This document shows, piece after piece, positions 38,661 through 47,591 of a stretch of 54,842 nt of DNA. The stretch's first letter is position 1. The number at the start of each line of letters is the position of its first letter. The notes beneath the pieces are model-generated. The model saw only the letters and a list, made by a program, of their open reading frames with translations. It was not told where the DNA came from and searched no databases. Source of the DNA: Candidatus Enterousia sp. Its GTDB lineage: Bacteria; Pseudomonadota; Alphaproteobacteria; Rs-D84. A program made the position numbers and the translations under genes. The stretch spans positions 1 to 54,842 of the forward strand of contig JAZRPS010000007.1 of NCBI GenBank assembly GCA_045649345.1, read 5' to 3'.

Positions 38661-39669
38661 ACTTTGATAATCCAGGTACCAGGTTTCTGATATACAATCG
38701 TAAATCCTCGTATTGCGCAGACCGTACTAAATCACGCCTAATTGCCGGCAAATCCCGGGGATTTTTATTTCTGTCGCGCCACGGGGCATGAATTTTTCTG
38801 CCGGTGTTTTCGCCCAACATCACGTTCCCAAAACTATCAAACGCCATAATTATTTGTGGTATTTTATCCCGGGTCAAGAATTTGAACTGTGGTGTTTCGA
38901 CCGGAACTGCATCTTCTAAATTATTCGCACGTCCGTGTTTGTTTAATTGCGCGCTGTTGCAATAAACCAGAACGCGATCATTAATCGCATAAAATATTTG
39001 ATTTCCACCACCACCCAGTTCCAATTCCGTAATACGATTGCCGTCTTTGTTCAGTTTTTTTATTAATTCGGCAAACATCGGCATGTCTTTATCAAATGTT
39101 GATATGTGTATCATGCATGTGCTGTTGCTTTGTGCGCGCGACAAGTCTGATATTAATTGTGCATTTTTATTTATACAATCCGCATGATATCTGTCCAGCG
39201 ACAGTGAAATTTGCAACGGTGACACATTTATTTTGCCTGGGCTGTACCGCGTTAAAACATCTGCCAGGTCACAAATAATCTGTTCGCGATATTTATTTGT
39301 TTTTGTTGCCCAGCCTGCATTGGTTTTTATATCAACGCCACACCCATGGGACAGACCGTAATCCAACAATTCTTTTACATATTTTGTATCGTGATTGTAG
39401 TACGCACTGAAAATTTCGCCGCCCGTAAAGATTAATTCTTTCTCGAATTTAGGGTCTTTTATTGCCTGATTTATATATCCCTTGATGACATCTGCCGGGA
39501 TATATTCTTTGGGCATATTTGGGCCACATGATTCCAAACAGTGCGCGCAACTATACCAACACCAATGTGTTGTCTTAAATCCCATGATATAAGGCAGCTT
39601 TCGCACATATTCACGCGAAAAGCAAATTTTATCCATGGTATCTTCGTAAAAATCTTTAATCATTGACAT
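38659..39669 (-). CDS. Radical SAM domain protein of unknown function
   Basis: CWYSCAHC (CxxxCxxC), FTGGE, KTNAGW, ISLSLDRYH; no SPASM cysteines. Start (MSMIK) is uncertain. Confidence 0.8.
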   Translation of the reverse strand: MSMIKDFYEDTMDKICFSREYVRKLPYIMGFKTTHWCWYSCAHCLESCGPNMPKEYIPADVIKGYINQAIKDPKFEKELIFTGGEIFSAYYNHDTKYVKELLDYGLSHGCGVDIKTNAGWATKTNKYREQIICDLADVLTRYSPGKINVSPLQISLSLDRYHADCINKNAQLISDLSRAQSNSTCMIHISTFDKDMPMFAELIKKLNKDGNRITELELGGGGNQIFYAINDRVLVYCNSAQLNKHGRANNLEDAVPVETPQFKFLTRDKIPQIIMAFDSFGNVMLGENTGRKIHAPWRDRNKNPRDLPAIRRDLVRSAQYEDLRLYIRNLVPGLSK

Positions 39670-39735
39670 ATTTTTATATGTATCACAAAAAAACACATTT
39701 GTCAATACGTTTTGTCAAAAAATAAATATTAATAT

Positions 39736-39763
39736 AAAAACACCGGCATTTGCCGGTGTTTTT
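39736..39763. repeat. Palindromic terminator repeat copy
   Basis: aaaaacaccggcatttgccggtgttttt after pal. Confidence 0.85.
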
Positions 39764-39781
39764 GCACAATTTTTGCAACAA

Positions 39782-40201
39782 TTATTTAACTGTTGTTGTG
39801 GCATTACGATTCCATTTCCATGCTTCTTCGCCAGAACCTTGAACCAATGGACGTTCTTTACCATAAGAAATTGTAGAGATACGTTTTGCATCAATACCAT
39901 CTTTTACGATAACGTCTTTGGCAGCGTTTGCACGACGTGCACCCAATGCCAAGTTGTATTCTGTTGAACCACGTTCGTCGCAATTACCTGCGATTTGGAT
40001 TTTAACATCTTCGTGGTTTTTCATGTACAATGCCTGACCCAACAGGTTGTTTTTTGCATCTTCGGAAATTTCAGAAGAATTGAAACCAAAGAATACGCGT
40101 TGATCGTTTAAGTCTGCTGGTTCAACGATTTTAGAAGAACCACCACATGCTGCTAACAAGCCAGCAACGCCTGCCAACATAGCAAAGTTTTTAATTTTCA
40201 T
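39782..40201 (-). CDS. pal: Peptidoglycan-associated lipoprotein (OmpA domain)
   Basis: Lipobox LLAAC, RVFF.FNSS, G.CDERGSTEYNLALG.RRA, ISYGKERP. Start at MKIKNF with SD aaggga. Confidence 0.93.
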   Translation of the reverse strand: MKIKNFAMLAGVAGLLAACGGSSKIVEPADLNDQRVFFGFNSSEISEDAKNNLLGQALYMKNHEDVKIQIAGNCDERGSTEYNLALGARRANAAKDVIVKDGIDAKRISTISYGKERPLVQGSGEEAWKWNRNATTTVK

Positions 40202-40278
40202 GAAAATACTCCCTTGAGTTTTTGTTGCTCGTGCTATATTGTACAATAAAAGGTTTGAAAAATCAAGGAAAAACACAA

Positions 40279-41061
40279 ATGTCTGATAATACATTGCGTG
40301 ATTTAGAATTGGCAGGTGTGCGTTGGGAATTGGCAGACATGCCGATTGGTACCGTACACAAGGAAGTGATTCCTGTGGCAGATACGCCTGTGCGTCGTGA
40401 CGCATCATCGATCGTCGCAGAAATCGGGCGCGCCGCGACAACAGTGGTGCCACCAATTGCGCCAACCCAGACGATGTCAATTGATACCGTTCGTGCCATG
40501 GCATCGCGTCCAGTCGATATGCCCACATTATGTCGAATGATTGGTGAATTTAATCATCCTTTGCGTGCCAGTGCAACTAATACTGTACTGCCACACGTCG
40601 CGCCGGGGCAGGGCGGTCTGGTTATATTGGCGGACATTCCGGGTTCTGATGATGACGCAACAGGAAACATTTTAACCGGTGCGTCTGGCGAATTAATGGA
40701 TAAAATGTTGGCTGCCATTGGCTTATCACGTGACAATGTTTCAATTGTTCCTATTTTATTTTGGCGCACCCCTGGGGGGCGTACGCCATCGCGTTCTGAA
40801 TTGGATTTGGCGCGTCCATTCGTTGACAGGGCAATCGAATTATTAAATCCACGTGTTATTTTGACGCTGGGTACATTGCCTGCGACAGAAATGGCAGGTG
40901 TAAATTTAGGTCGCGCCCATGGTGTTCCTGTGACAACAGATTCTGGTATGACAATAATGCCAATATTTCATCCGAATTATCTGTTGTTAAAGCCTGCGGC
41001 AAAACGCGACGTTTGGAACGCACTACAAAATGTACAAAATATCTTGAAAAGTGCCGAATAA
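40279..41061 (+). CDS. Uracil-DNA glycosylase family 4-like protein (divergent active site)
   Basis: G.L.DKML.AIGL.R, WR.PG.R.P, LG, P.FHPNYLL..P..KR..W; motif A is altered to ADIPG. Confidence 0.8.
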   Translation: MSDNTLRDLELAGVRWELADMPIGTVHKEVIPVADTPVRRDASSIVAEIGRAATTVVPPIAPTQTMSIDTVRAMASRPVDMPTLCRMIGEFNHPLRASATNTVLPHVAPGQGGLVILADIPGSDDDATGNILTGASGELMDKMLAAIGLSRDNVSIVPILFWRTPGGRTPSRSELDLARPFVDRAIELLNPRVILTLGTLPATEMAGVNLGRAHGVPVTTDSGMTIMPIFHPNYLLLKPAAKRDVWNALQNVQNILKSAE

Positions 41062-41100
41062 TAGTCAATAATTCGCATATGTTTAATAAAGGAGCGTACA

Positions 41101-41649
41101 ATTAAACCTGCATTTAATCGTGATAATCGTCGCGACACTGGTCCGCGTATGAATGAAAAAATATTTGCTAAATCTGTTCAGGTAATCAGTTCTGATGGTC
41201 AGAATTTGGGTGTTATGCCAACGTCCCAGGCATTGCAGATGGCGATGGACATGGATATGGATTTGGTTGAAATCAACGCCAATGGCGCAACGCCAATTAC
41301 CAAGATAATGGATTATGGCAAGTTCAAATATGAACAGAAAAAACGCGCGTCAGAGGCACGAAAAAAACAAAAATCCATCGAAATGAAAGAAGTTTGGGTT
41401 AAGCCTTTTATCGAGGAAAACGACCTGAATATAAAAATGAAAAAGGCTTTGGAGTTTTTGGCAGAAGGCAACAAGGTAAAAATTTCTGTCATGACCAAGG
41501 GTAATAAAAAGGTTTTGGCACGTGGCAAAGATGCTGTTCCAGAATTATTTACACGTATTGTTGAAATTATTGGCGATAATGGTAATTTGGAATCAAAATC
41601 CAAACCGGACGAACGAACAAAATCAATTATCATTGCGCCTGTAAAATAA
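41101..41649 (+). CDS. infC: Translation initiation factor IF-3 with ATT start codon
   Basis: SD AAAGGAG then an in-frame ATT at 41101 (48 nt upstream of the track's ATG); DLVEI, KIMDYGKFKYEQKK, G.KVK. Confidence 0.93.
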   Translation: MKPAFNRDNRRDTGPRMNEKIFAKSVQVISSDGQNLGVMPTSQALQMAMDMDMDLVEINANGATPITKIMDYGKFKYEQKKRASEARKKQKSIEMKEVWVKPFIEENDLNIKMKKALEFLAEGNKVKISVMTKGNKKVLARGKDAVPELFTRIVEIIGDNGNLESKSKPDERTKSIIIAPVK

Positions 41650-41663
41650 ATAAAAAACAGAAT

Positions 41664-41690
41664 AAAAAACGCCCATTTGGGCGTTATTTT
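41664..41690. terminator. Bidirectional terminator (infC/typA)
   Basis: aaaaacgccc-attt-gggcgttattt. Confidence 0.7.
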
Positions 41691-43521
41691 ATTGTTCTGT
41701 GTTTTTGCGTGTCTTTTTGCGTATGTTGCTGTCTAATTCTTTTTTACGCAAACGAATTGTATTTGGTGTGACCTCTACCAATTCGTCGTCCAAAATATAA
41801 GACAACGCTTCTTCTAATGATATGCGACGTGGTGGTGCCAAGAACAGTTTTTCATCAGCCGTCACTGAACGCATATTTGTTAATTCTTTCCCCTTAACAG
41901 GGTTGACTTCCAAATCGTTTTCTTTACTGTGTTCGCCGATAATCATACCAGAATAAACTTCGGTCTGGGGGTCAACAAACAGTGTTCCGCGTGGTTGCAG
42001 ATTGAACAATGCATATGTTGCAGTGTTTCCTTTTTCCATCGATACCAGCACGCCTGGTCGATATTGCTGAATTGGACCGCGGTACAGGTCGTATTTATCA
42101 AATACGCGGTTCATAATGCCTGTGCCACGTGTATCTGTACGGAATTCAGACAGATAACCAATCAATCCGCGTGATGGCGCAGAAAACACGATACGTGTTT
42201 TGCCGGCACCAGATGCCTTCATTTCTGTGATTGTTGCCTTGCGTTTAGTCATTTTTTCAATAACAACACCGCTGAATTCGTCATCAACGTCAATAACAAC
42301 ATCTTCGATTGGTTCCAACTTGTTGCCGTTTTCGTCTTCGTGCATAACAACACGTGGTCGTGACACAGACAATTCAAAGCCTTCACGACGCATTGTTTCG
42401 ATTAAGATACCCAGTTGTAATTCCCCACGACCAGAAACTTCAAACGCTTCGTTATTTTCACTTTGTTCAACGCGCAGTGCGATATTTGTCTCTGCTTCTT
42501 TGAACAGGCGTTCGCCAATCATGCGTGACGTTAATTTTTTGCCAGATTTGCCTGCCAATGGCGATGTGTTAACAAAGAATGTCATCGTCAGGGTTGGTGG
42601 GTCAATTAGCATTGCAGGGATTGGTTCTGTGACCTCTGGCGCACACAGGGTGTCCGCCACGGTTGCCTTGGAAAACCCTGCGACAACAACAATGTCGCCT
42701 GCAGATGCACTGTCGCGCGAAACTTTTTCAACGCCACGGTGTTCAATAATCTTGGTGATTTTTGCATTTTCAATAAATTCACCGTTGCGATTGATTGCCT
42801 TAACGGACTGACCAACTTTTACGGTTCCAGATTCGATTTTCCCGGTCAGTATTCGACCAACGTATGGATCTGCTTCCAGTGTGGTTGCCAGCATTGTAAA
42901 CGGTGCGTCTAATTGACAGCGGCTGCCATTACAATCAGGTGCCGGGACATGGTCAACAATTAACTGGAACAGTGGTGTTAAATCTTTGTGTTCATCGTTC
43001 AAATCGCGTACTGCCCAGCCATCACGCCCCACAGAATATAGGTATGGGAAATCCAGCTGTGAATCAGTCGCACCCAGTTTATCAAACAAATCAAATGTTT
43101 CGGATAAAACCTCATCAGGGCGCGCGTCTGCGCGGTCAACTTTGTTAATGCAAACAATTGGACGCAGTCCCAACTTTAATGCTTTACTTAATACAAACTT
43201 TGTTTGGGGCAGGGGACCTTCGGCACTGTCAACCAGCAATACAACCCCGTCAACCATGGATAAAATACGTTCCACTTCGCCACCAAAGTCCGCGTGACCC
43301 GGTGTGTCAACGATATTGATTTTATAATCACCCCATTGAATAGATGTTGGTTTTGCAGAAATCGTAATTCCGCGTTCGCGTTCGATGTCACCACTGTCCA
43401 TAACACGTTCGTCAACGCGTTCATTTTCGCGGAAGGTTCCTGCCTGTTTCAGCATATTGTCAACCAGTGTTGTCTTTCCATGGTCAACGTGCGCAATAAT
43501 TGCAATGTTGCGAATTTTCAT
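41689..43521 (-). CDS. typA: Translational GTPase TypA/BipA
   Basis: RNIAIIAHVDHGKTTLVD, ERERGITI, DTPGHADFGGEVER, GRGELQL, DDELVEVTP..IRLRK. Confidence 0.98.
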   Translation of the reverse strand: MKIRNIAIIAHVDHGKTTLVDNMLKQAGTFRENERVDERVMDSGDIERERGITISAKPTSIQWGDYKINIVDTPGHADFGGEVERILSMVDGVVLLVDSAEGPLPQTKFVLSKALKLGLRPIVCINKVDRADARPDEVLSETFDLFDKLGATDSQLDFPYLYSVGRDGWAVRDLNDEHKDLTPLFQLIVDHVPAPDCNGSRCQLDAPFTMLATTLEADPYVGRILTGKIESGTVKVGQSVKAINRNGEFIENAKITKIIEHRGVEKVSRDSASAGDIVVVAGFSKATVADTLCAPEVTEPIPAMLIDPPTLTMTFFVNTSPLAGKSGKKLTSRMIGERLFKEAETNIALRVEQSENNEAFEVSGRGELQLGILIETMRREGFELSVSRPRVVMHEDENGNKLEPIEDVVIDVDDEFSGVVIEKMTKRKATITEMKASGAGKTRIVFSAPSRGLIGYLSEFRTDTRGTGIMNRVFDKYDLYRGPIQQYRPGVLVSMEKGNTATYALFNLQPRGTLFVDPQTEVYSGMIIGEHSKENDLEVNPVKGKELTNMRSVTADEKLFLAPPRRISLEEALSYILDDELVEVTPNTIRLRKKELDSNIRKKTRKNTEQ

Positions 43522-43603
43522 GATTTTTGCCTCAGGTTTTTGTTAAATCGGACACAGGGTATACCTAAAAATATGAATTTTCAACATTTTTATATAAATA
43601 ATA

Positions 43604-43633
43604 TTGACATTTGTTGGATTTTGTCTATATAAT
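43604..43633 (+). promoter_or_regulatory. Near-consensus sigma70 promoter of the orphan gene at 43668
   Basis: TTGACA-18-TATAAT. Confidence 0.6.
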
Positions 43634-43667
43634 AAGGTGTGATGAATGAAAATAAAAGGAATTAGAT

Positions 43668-44219
43668 ATGCCAACAGAATATACAAAAAAAGAGATTTTA
43701 GATGCTATAAATATAGGTATGGCAGACTATTTGGAAATAGCGCGTATTGGTCTGCGTAGTCACTGGAAAGGTTTAAGTCAGTCTGAAAAATGGGCTGCCG
43801 GTCGTGCGCTGGTGGTTTTGGCTGATGTCAAGAAAAATCCAGCAAAATATTTTTCTCGTTCCACAACTTATGATGCATGGAAGGGGCGTGCAAGCGCGTA
43901 TGCAAAAGAAAAGAATTTGCGTTCTTCTTCATATGCGTATTACATTGTTCCTGACCCAACAAATGTCGTTTGGAATCAGGTTGCGCCTGCGTTCATATAT
44001 AATGCCGAACATGGTAAAAAATTTTATAAGTTTTGCCAAATGGTTCAAAAATGGGAATATGCCCGTACGGCGCATGCATACGCCGAAGATGGCGTTGCTG
44101 CCTTGTATGGGTACGATATTGTTAATATGACAAGGGTATCACATAGGTATGTGGGTTTGAAAAAAACAAACCCAATGCTTCGTCCAATCAAAGAAATGTT
44201 TCATTCATTTCAAAAATAA
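43668..44219 (+). CDS. Hypothetical protein (orphan)
   Basis: 183-aa ORF with SD aaagga, its own promoter and a downstream terminator. Confidence 0.8.
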   Translation: MPTEYTKKEILDAINIGMADYLEIARIGLRSHWKGLSQSEKWAAGRALVVLADVKKNPAKYFSRSTTYDAWKGRASAYAKEKNLRSSSYAYYIVPDPTNVVWNQVAPAFIYNAEHGKKFYKFCQMVQKWEYARTAHAYAEDGVAALYGYDIVNMTRVSHRYVGLKKTNPMLRPIKEMFHSFQK

Positions 44220-44247
44220 AAAATCCCCTGTCCAAGGGGATTTTTTT
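44217..44247. terminator. Bidirectional terminator
   Basis: aaaaatcccct-gtcca-aggggattttttt. Confidence 0.8.
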
Positions 44248-44269
44248 GATTTGTGTTAGTGATTATCTG

Positions 44270-45547
44270 TTAATGCTTTCCGCCGATTTTTGTACGTCCC
44301 CCCATCAGTGGTTGTAATTTCTTTGGAATATTTACAGAACCATCTGGGTTTTGGTGGTTTTCAATTACCGGTACAATTGCGCGTGGCAGGGCGATGCCCG
44401 TATTATTCAGGGTCGCACAGAATTGCATATTGCCGTCGTGGTCGCGATAGCGTGTATTTGTACGACGCGCCTGGAATTGACCAATCGACGAACAAGACCC
44501 CAGTTCGCGATATTTGCCTTCGCTTGGGAACCATGCTTCGACATCGTGCATTTTTACCTTGTTAAATCCCATGTCGCCGGTGCATGCCTGGATAACACGA
44601 TATGGCAATTCCAGGTCTTCCATAACTTCACACAAATTGTTTAACAGATGTTCATGCATTTCATTAGATTGTTCTGGGGTACAGTATATATATTGTTCAA
44701 CCTTGTTAAACTGATGTATACGAACGATTCCGCGCGTGTCGCGACCGGCAGCGCCGGCTTCTTTGCGAAAGCATGGTGAATACCCTGCATATTTGATTGG
44801 CAAATCTTTTTCGTTTAATACTTCATCACTGTGCAGTGAATTTAAAATGATTTCTGCGGTACCGGCCAAACATCTGTCTGTATCGGTCAGCATAAACACA
44901 TCGTTATTCATAACAGCTGGATCAGAACCCATAAAATGTCCTGCGTTAAATATTGTTTGTGGCTTTGTGATAGACGGACAGTTTACAAACGTAAATCCCT
45001 TGGACATCAGTTTTTGCAGAACATATGTCTGTATTGCCAGTTCCAGTTCCGCCGCTTCGCCAAACAGGGCATATGTACGTGTGCCACAGATTGACGCGAT
45101 TTTTTCAGGTCTGTACCAATTGTTCATTTCCAGCAAATCCCACTGCGCACGTGGTGTAAAGTCAAATTCGCGCGGTGTGCCGACGCGACGAACTTCTACA
45201 TTTTCTGTGTCATCACGTCCAATTGGTGAATCTGCGCTGGGGATTTGTGGTACGCGATGCAGCAAATCGGACAGTTGTTCTTCTTTTTCTGCCAATTCTG
45301 CCATGTCTGCGGCAATTTCATTCGCAATTTCTTTGGATTTTGCAATCAGTGGTGCCTTGTCCGTGGCGGTTGGAATTTCGCGTGTGATTTTATTTTTTTC
45401 TGCAGTTTTGCTTTGTGTGATTGTTTTCAGTTCACGCACACGTTTATCCAGATTAAGTATTTCATCTGTATTGTCTGCGATTCCTTTTAGTTCGCATGCG
45501 CGCTTAACTGCGTCTGGGTTTTCACGAATAAATTTTATATCCAGCAT
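44270..45547 (-). CDS. serS: Seryl-tRNA synthetase
   Basis: MLDIKFIRENP coiled-coil arm, LAGTAE, motif 2 CFRKEAG..G.DTRGI.R.HQF.KVE, motif 3 TLNNT.IA.PR, ENHQ..DG. Confidence 0.97.
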   Translation of the reverse strand: MLDIKFIRENPDAVKRACELKGIADNTDEILNLDKRVRELKTITQSKTAEKNKITREIPTATDKAPLIAKSKEIANEIAADMAELAEKEEQLSDLLHRVPQIPSADSPIGRDDTENVEVRRVGTPREFDFTPRAQWDLLEMNNWYRPEKIASICGTRTYALFGEAAELELAIQTYVLQKLMSKGFTFVNCPSITKPQTIFNAGHFMGSDPAVMNNDVFMLTDTDRCLAGTAEIILNSLHSDEVLNEKDLPIKYAGYSPCFRKEAGAAGRDTRGIVRIHQFNKVEQYIYCTPEQSNEMHEHLLNNLCEVMEDLELPYRVIQACTGDMGFNKVKMHDVEAWFPSEGKYRELGSCSSIGQFQARRTNTRYRDHDGNMQFCATLNNTGIALPRAIVPVIENHQNPDGSVNIPKKLQPLMGGRTKIGGKH

Positions 45548-45639
45548 TTTATATTCCCTTATGTTTATATGATTATGCCTTATGTTATAACTGTGCGATT
45601 AAATTCGCAATTAATAAAATTGAAAAAGTATACGATAAA

Positions 45640-45693
45640 TTATTCCCCCAACGGGGATGAAGAACGACTAAAAAATGTAAAATTTACTTTCAT
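45640..45693 (-). CDS. Putative serS leader peptide MKVNFTFFSRSSSPLGE
   Basis: ATG AAA GTA AAT TTT ACA TTT TTT AGT CGT TCT TCA TCC CCG TTG GGG GAA TAA. It starts 9 nt after TTGAAT-17-TATAAT and ends 92 nt upstream of serS. Confidence 0.72.
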   Translation of the reverse strand: MKVNFTFFSRSSSPLGE

Positions 45694-45821
45694 TTCCCAT
45701 GAATTATAAGCCAAGCTAAACAAAAATTCAATAAAATTAACATATGTCGATTTTGTTTGCGCTATTTTTTGCTTTGTGTTATGTTGGGCGCGAAATATAA
45801 ATACAAAAGGAAGGTATTGCT

Positions 45822-46724
45822 ATGTATGATATTATCATTTTGGGGTCTGGACCGGCAGGTCTGACGGCGGCATTGTATACGGCGCGCGCGAACAAAAAGA
45901 CGCTTGTCCTGGGTGGCGACAGATTGGGTGGTCAAACCGCCGGTATTGCAACGTTGGAAAATTATCCCGGCTGGGCGGGCAGTGGTCTGGAATTGGCGCA
46001 ATTTATGCAAAAGCAATGCGAAACATTTGGTGCAACGATTAAATTTGTTTCTGCAAAAAATATTTCTGGTGATGCAGAAAATGGGTTCGTTGTATCGTGT
46101 GACGATGGCGCAGAATATGCGGCACGTGCGGTTATTGTTGCAACGGGCGCATCCCCACGTAAACTGGAAATTGATGGTGCGCGTGAATTTATGGGACGTG
46201 GCGTATCATATTGCGCGACATGCGATGGGTTCTTTTACAGTGGCAAGACCGTAATTGTTCTGGGGGGTGGAAATTCTGCCCTAAACGATGCGTTGTACTT
46301 GGCAGACCTGGCCAAGACGGTAAAGATTGTGTATCGCAAATCAGAATTTTTCCGTGCCGAAGCGGTCTTGCGCGAACGTGTCGCGGCGCGTGAAAACATC
46401 GAATGCCTGTTTAATACGGATTTGGTTAAAATCGCCGCAAAGCCTGATTCCACAGATGGCGAATTAATTGTCACAACCACTGATGGTACAGATATGGTTG
46501 TTGATGGTGTATTTGTTGCCATCGGGCACGAAGCGAATACAGATTTCCTATCCGAAGAAATCAAGCGTGATGCGCTGGGACGTCTGGCACCATCTGCAAT
46601 GCCGGCAGGTATGTTTGTCGCAGGTGACGTTCATTCTGATATCAAGATGCAAATCGCGACGGCGGTTGGTACAGGATGCACCGCCGGCATGGACGCAATT
46701 GCGTATATAAATAAATTGCAGTAA
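45822..46724 (+). CDS. trxB: Thioredoxin reductase
   Basis: GSGPAGLTAALY.AR, ENYPG, GRGVSYCATCDG, GGGNSA, GVFVAIGH, AGDV. Confidence 0.94.
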   Translation: MYDIIILGSGPAGLTAALYTARANKKTLVLGGDRLGGQTAGIATLENYPGWAGSGLELAQFMQKQCETFGATIKFVSAKNISGDAENGFVVSCDDGAEYAARAVIVATGASPRKLEIDGAREFMGRGVSYCATCDGFFYSGKTVIVLGGGNSALNDALYLADLAKTVKIVYRKSEFFRAEAVLRERVAARENIECLFNTDLVKIAAKPDSTDGELIVTTTDGTDMVVDGVFVAIGHEANTDFLSEEIKRDALGRLAPSAMPAGMFVAGDVHSDIKMQIATAVGTGCTAGMDAIAYINKLQ

Positions 46725-46752
46725 AAAAATGCCCCAATTTGGGGCGTTTTTT
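46723..46752. terminator. Bidirectional terminator
   Basis: aaaaaatgcccc-aattt-ggggcgttttt. Confidence 0.75.
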
Positions 46753-47521
46753 ATTTTATCTCTAACATTAATCCACAGTGGTCTGTGGGTTTTTCTGCCA
46801 ATCGTGGTTCCATGTCAATTTCGCAATTTTTTATCATTGTCGCAGCGGTTTTGTTGCACAGGAAATAATCCAAGCGCAACCCCTGTTTGTTGCCAACCGT
46901 ATCACGCCCACGATATCCATACCATGTATAATCGATTTTGTCTGGGTGCAGTGTACGCCACGCATCAGTCCACCCGGCATTCAGCCACCCGTTCATAATT
47001 TCGCGTGCCGCCGGTGCAGAAATCGCAATGCCTTCATAGTTTTTGGGTTTCCAGATGTCGCGGTCTTCGATTGCGACGTTAAAGTCGCCACCAATAATCA
47101 CTGGTTCTGGTGAATCAATGTATTGTGCAATATAATCTGTAAATGCGCGCATCCATTCCAATTTGTATGGAAATTTGGGTGATTGAACGGTGTCACCATT
47201 TGGCATATACACGTTAATCAGGCGTATCCGCCCATCAACCACGCATTCCAAGAATCGCGCATTTGGGTCTGCATAATTTGGCATTCCGATAACGGTGTCT
47301 TCAATAGAATATTTTGAAAATATTGCGACCCCGTTCCAGCTTTTTTGTCCGTACACCTTTATATTATATCCAAATTCATCAAACAGCATATGTGGAAAGT
47401 TTGCCGTCTCAACTTTTAGTTCTTGAACCATAATTACGTCATATTCGCCAGACCGCAATATGTCCATAAAGCTTTCGATATGTGCGCGTATAGAATTGAT
47501 ATTTAATGTCAGAATTTTCAT
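46751..47521 (-). CDS. xth: Exodeoxyribonuclease III
   Basis: NINSIR, QE.K, GQKSWNGVAI, Y.PNG, GDFNVA, YTW..YR, GLRLDY, P.DH. Start at MKILT. Confidence 0.95.
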   Translation of the reverse strand: MKILTLNINSIRAHIESFMDILRSGEYDVIMVQELKVETANFPHMLFDEFGYNIKVYGQKSWNGVAIFSKYSIEDTVIGMPNYADPNARFLECVVDGRIRLINVYMPNGDTVQSPKFPYKLEWMRAFTDYIAQYIDSPEPVIIGGDFNVAIEDRDIWKPKNYEGIAISAPAAREIMNGWLNAGWTDAWRTLHPDKIDYTWYGYRGRDTVGNKQGLRLDYFLCNKTAATMIKNCEIDMEPRLAEKPTDHCGLMLEIK

Positions 47522-47591
47522 AATTGCTTTCCTTTTTTTCATGAGTATAATAGTCACTGTCCAATATAAAAACAACAAGGAATTTTATAAC

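Noticed and set aside
40202-40528. Long N-terminal extension of Pal given in the ORF track (likewise extensions of tolC, lpxD, parA, queH and the acyl-CoA ligase)
   Set aside because: The extensions overlap divergent genes or promoters. Downstream ATGs have SD, signal-peptide or motif support.
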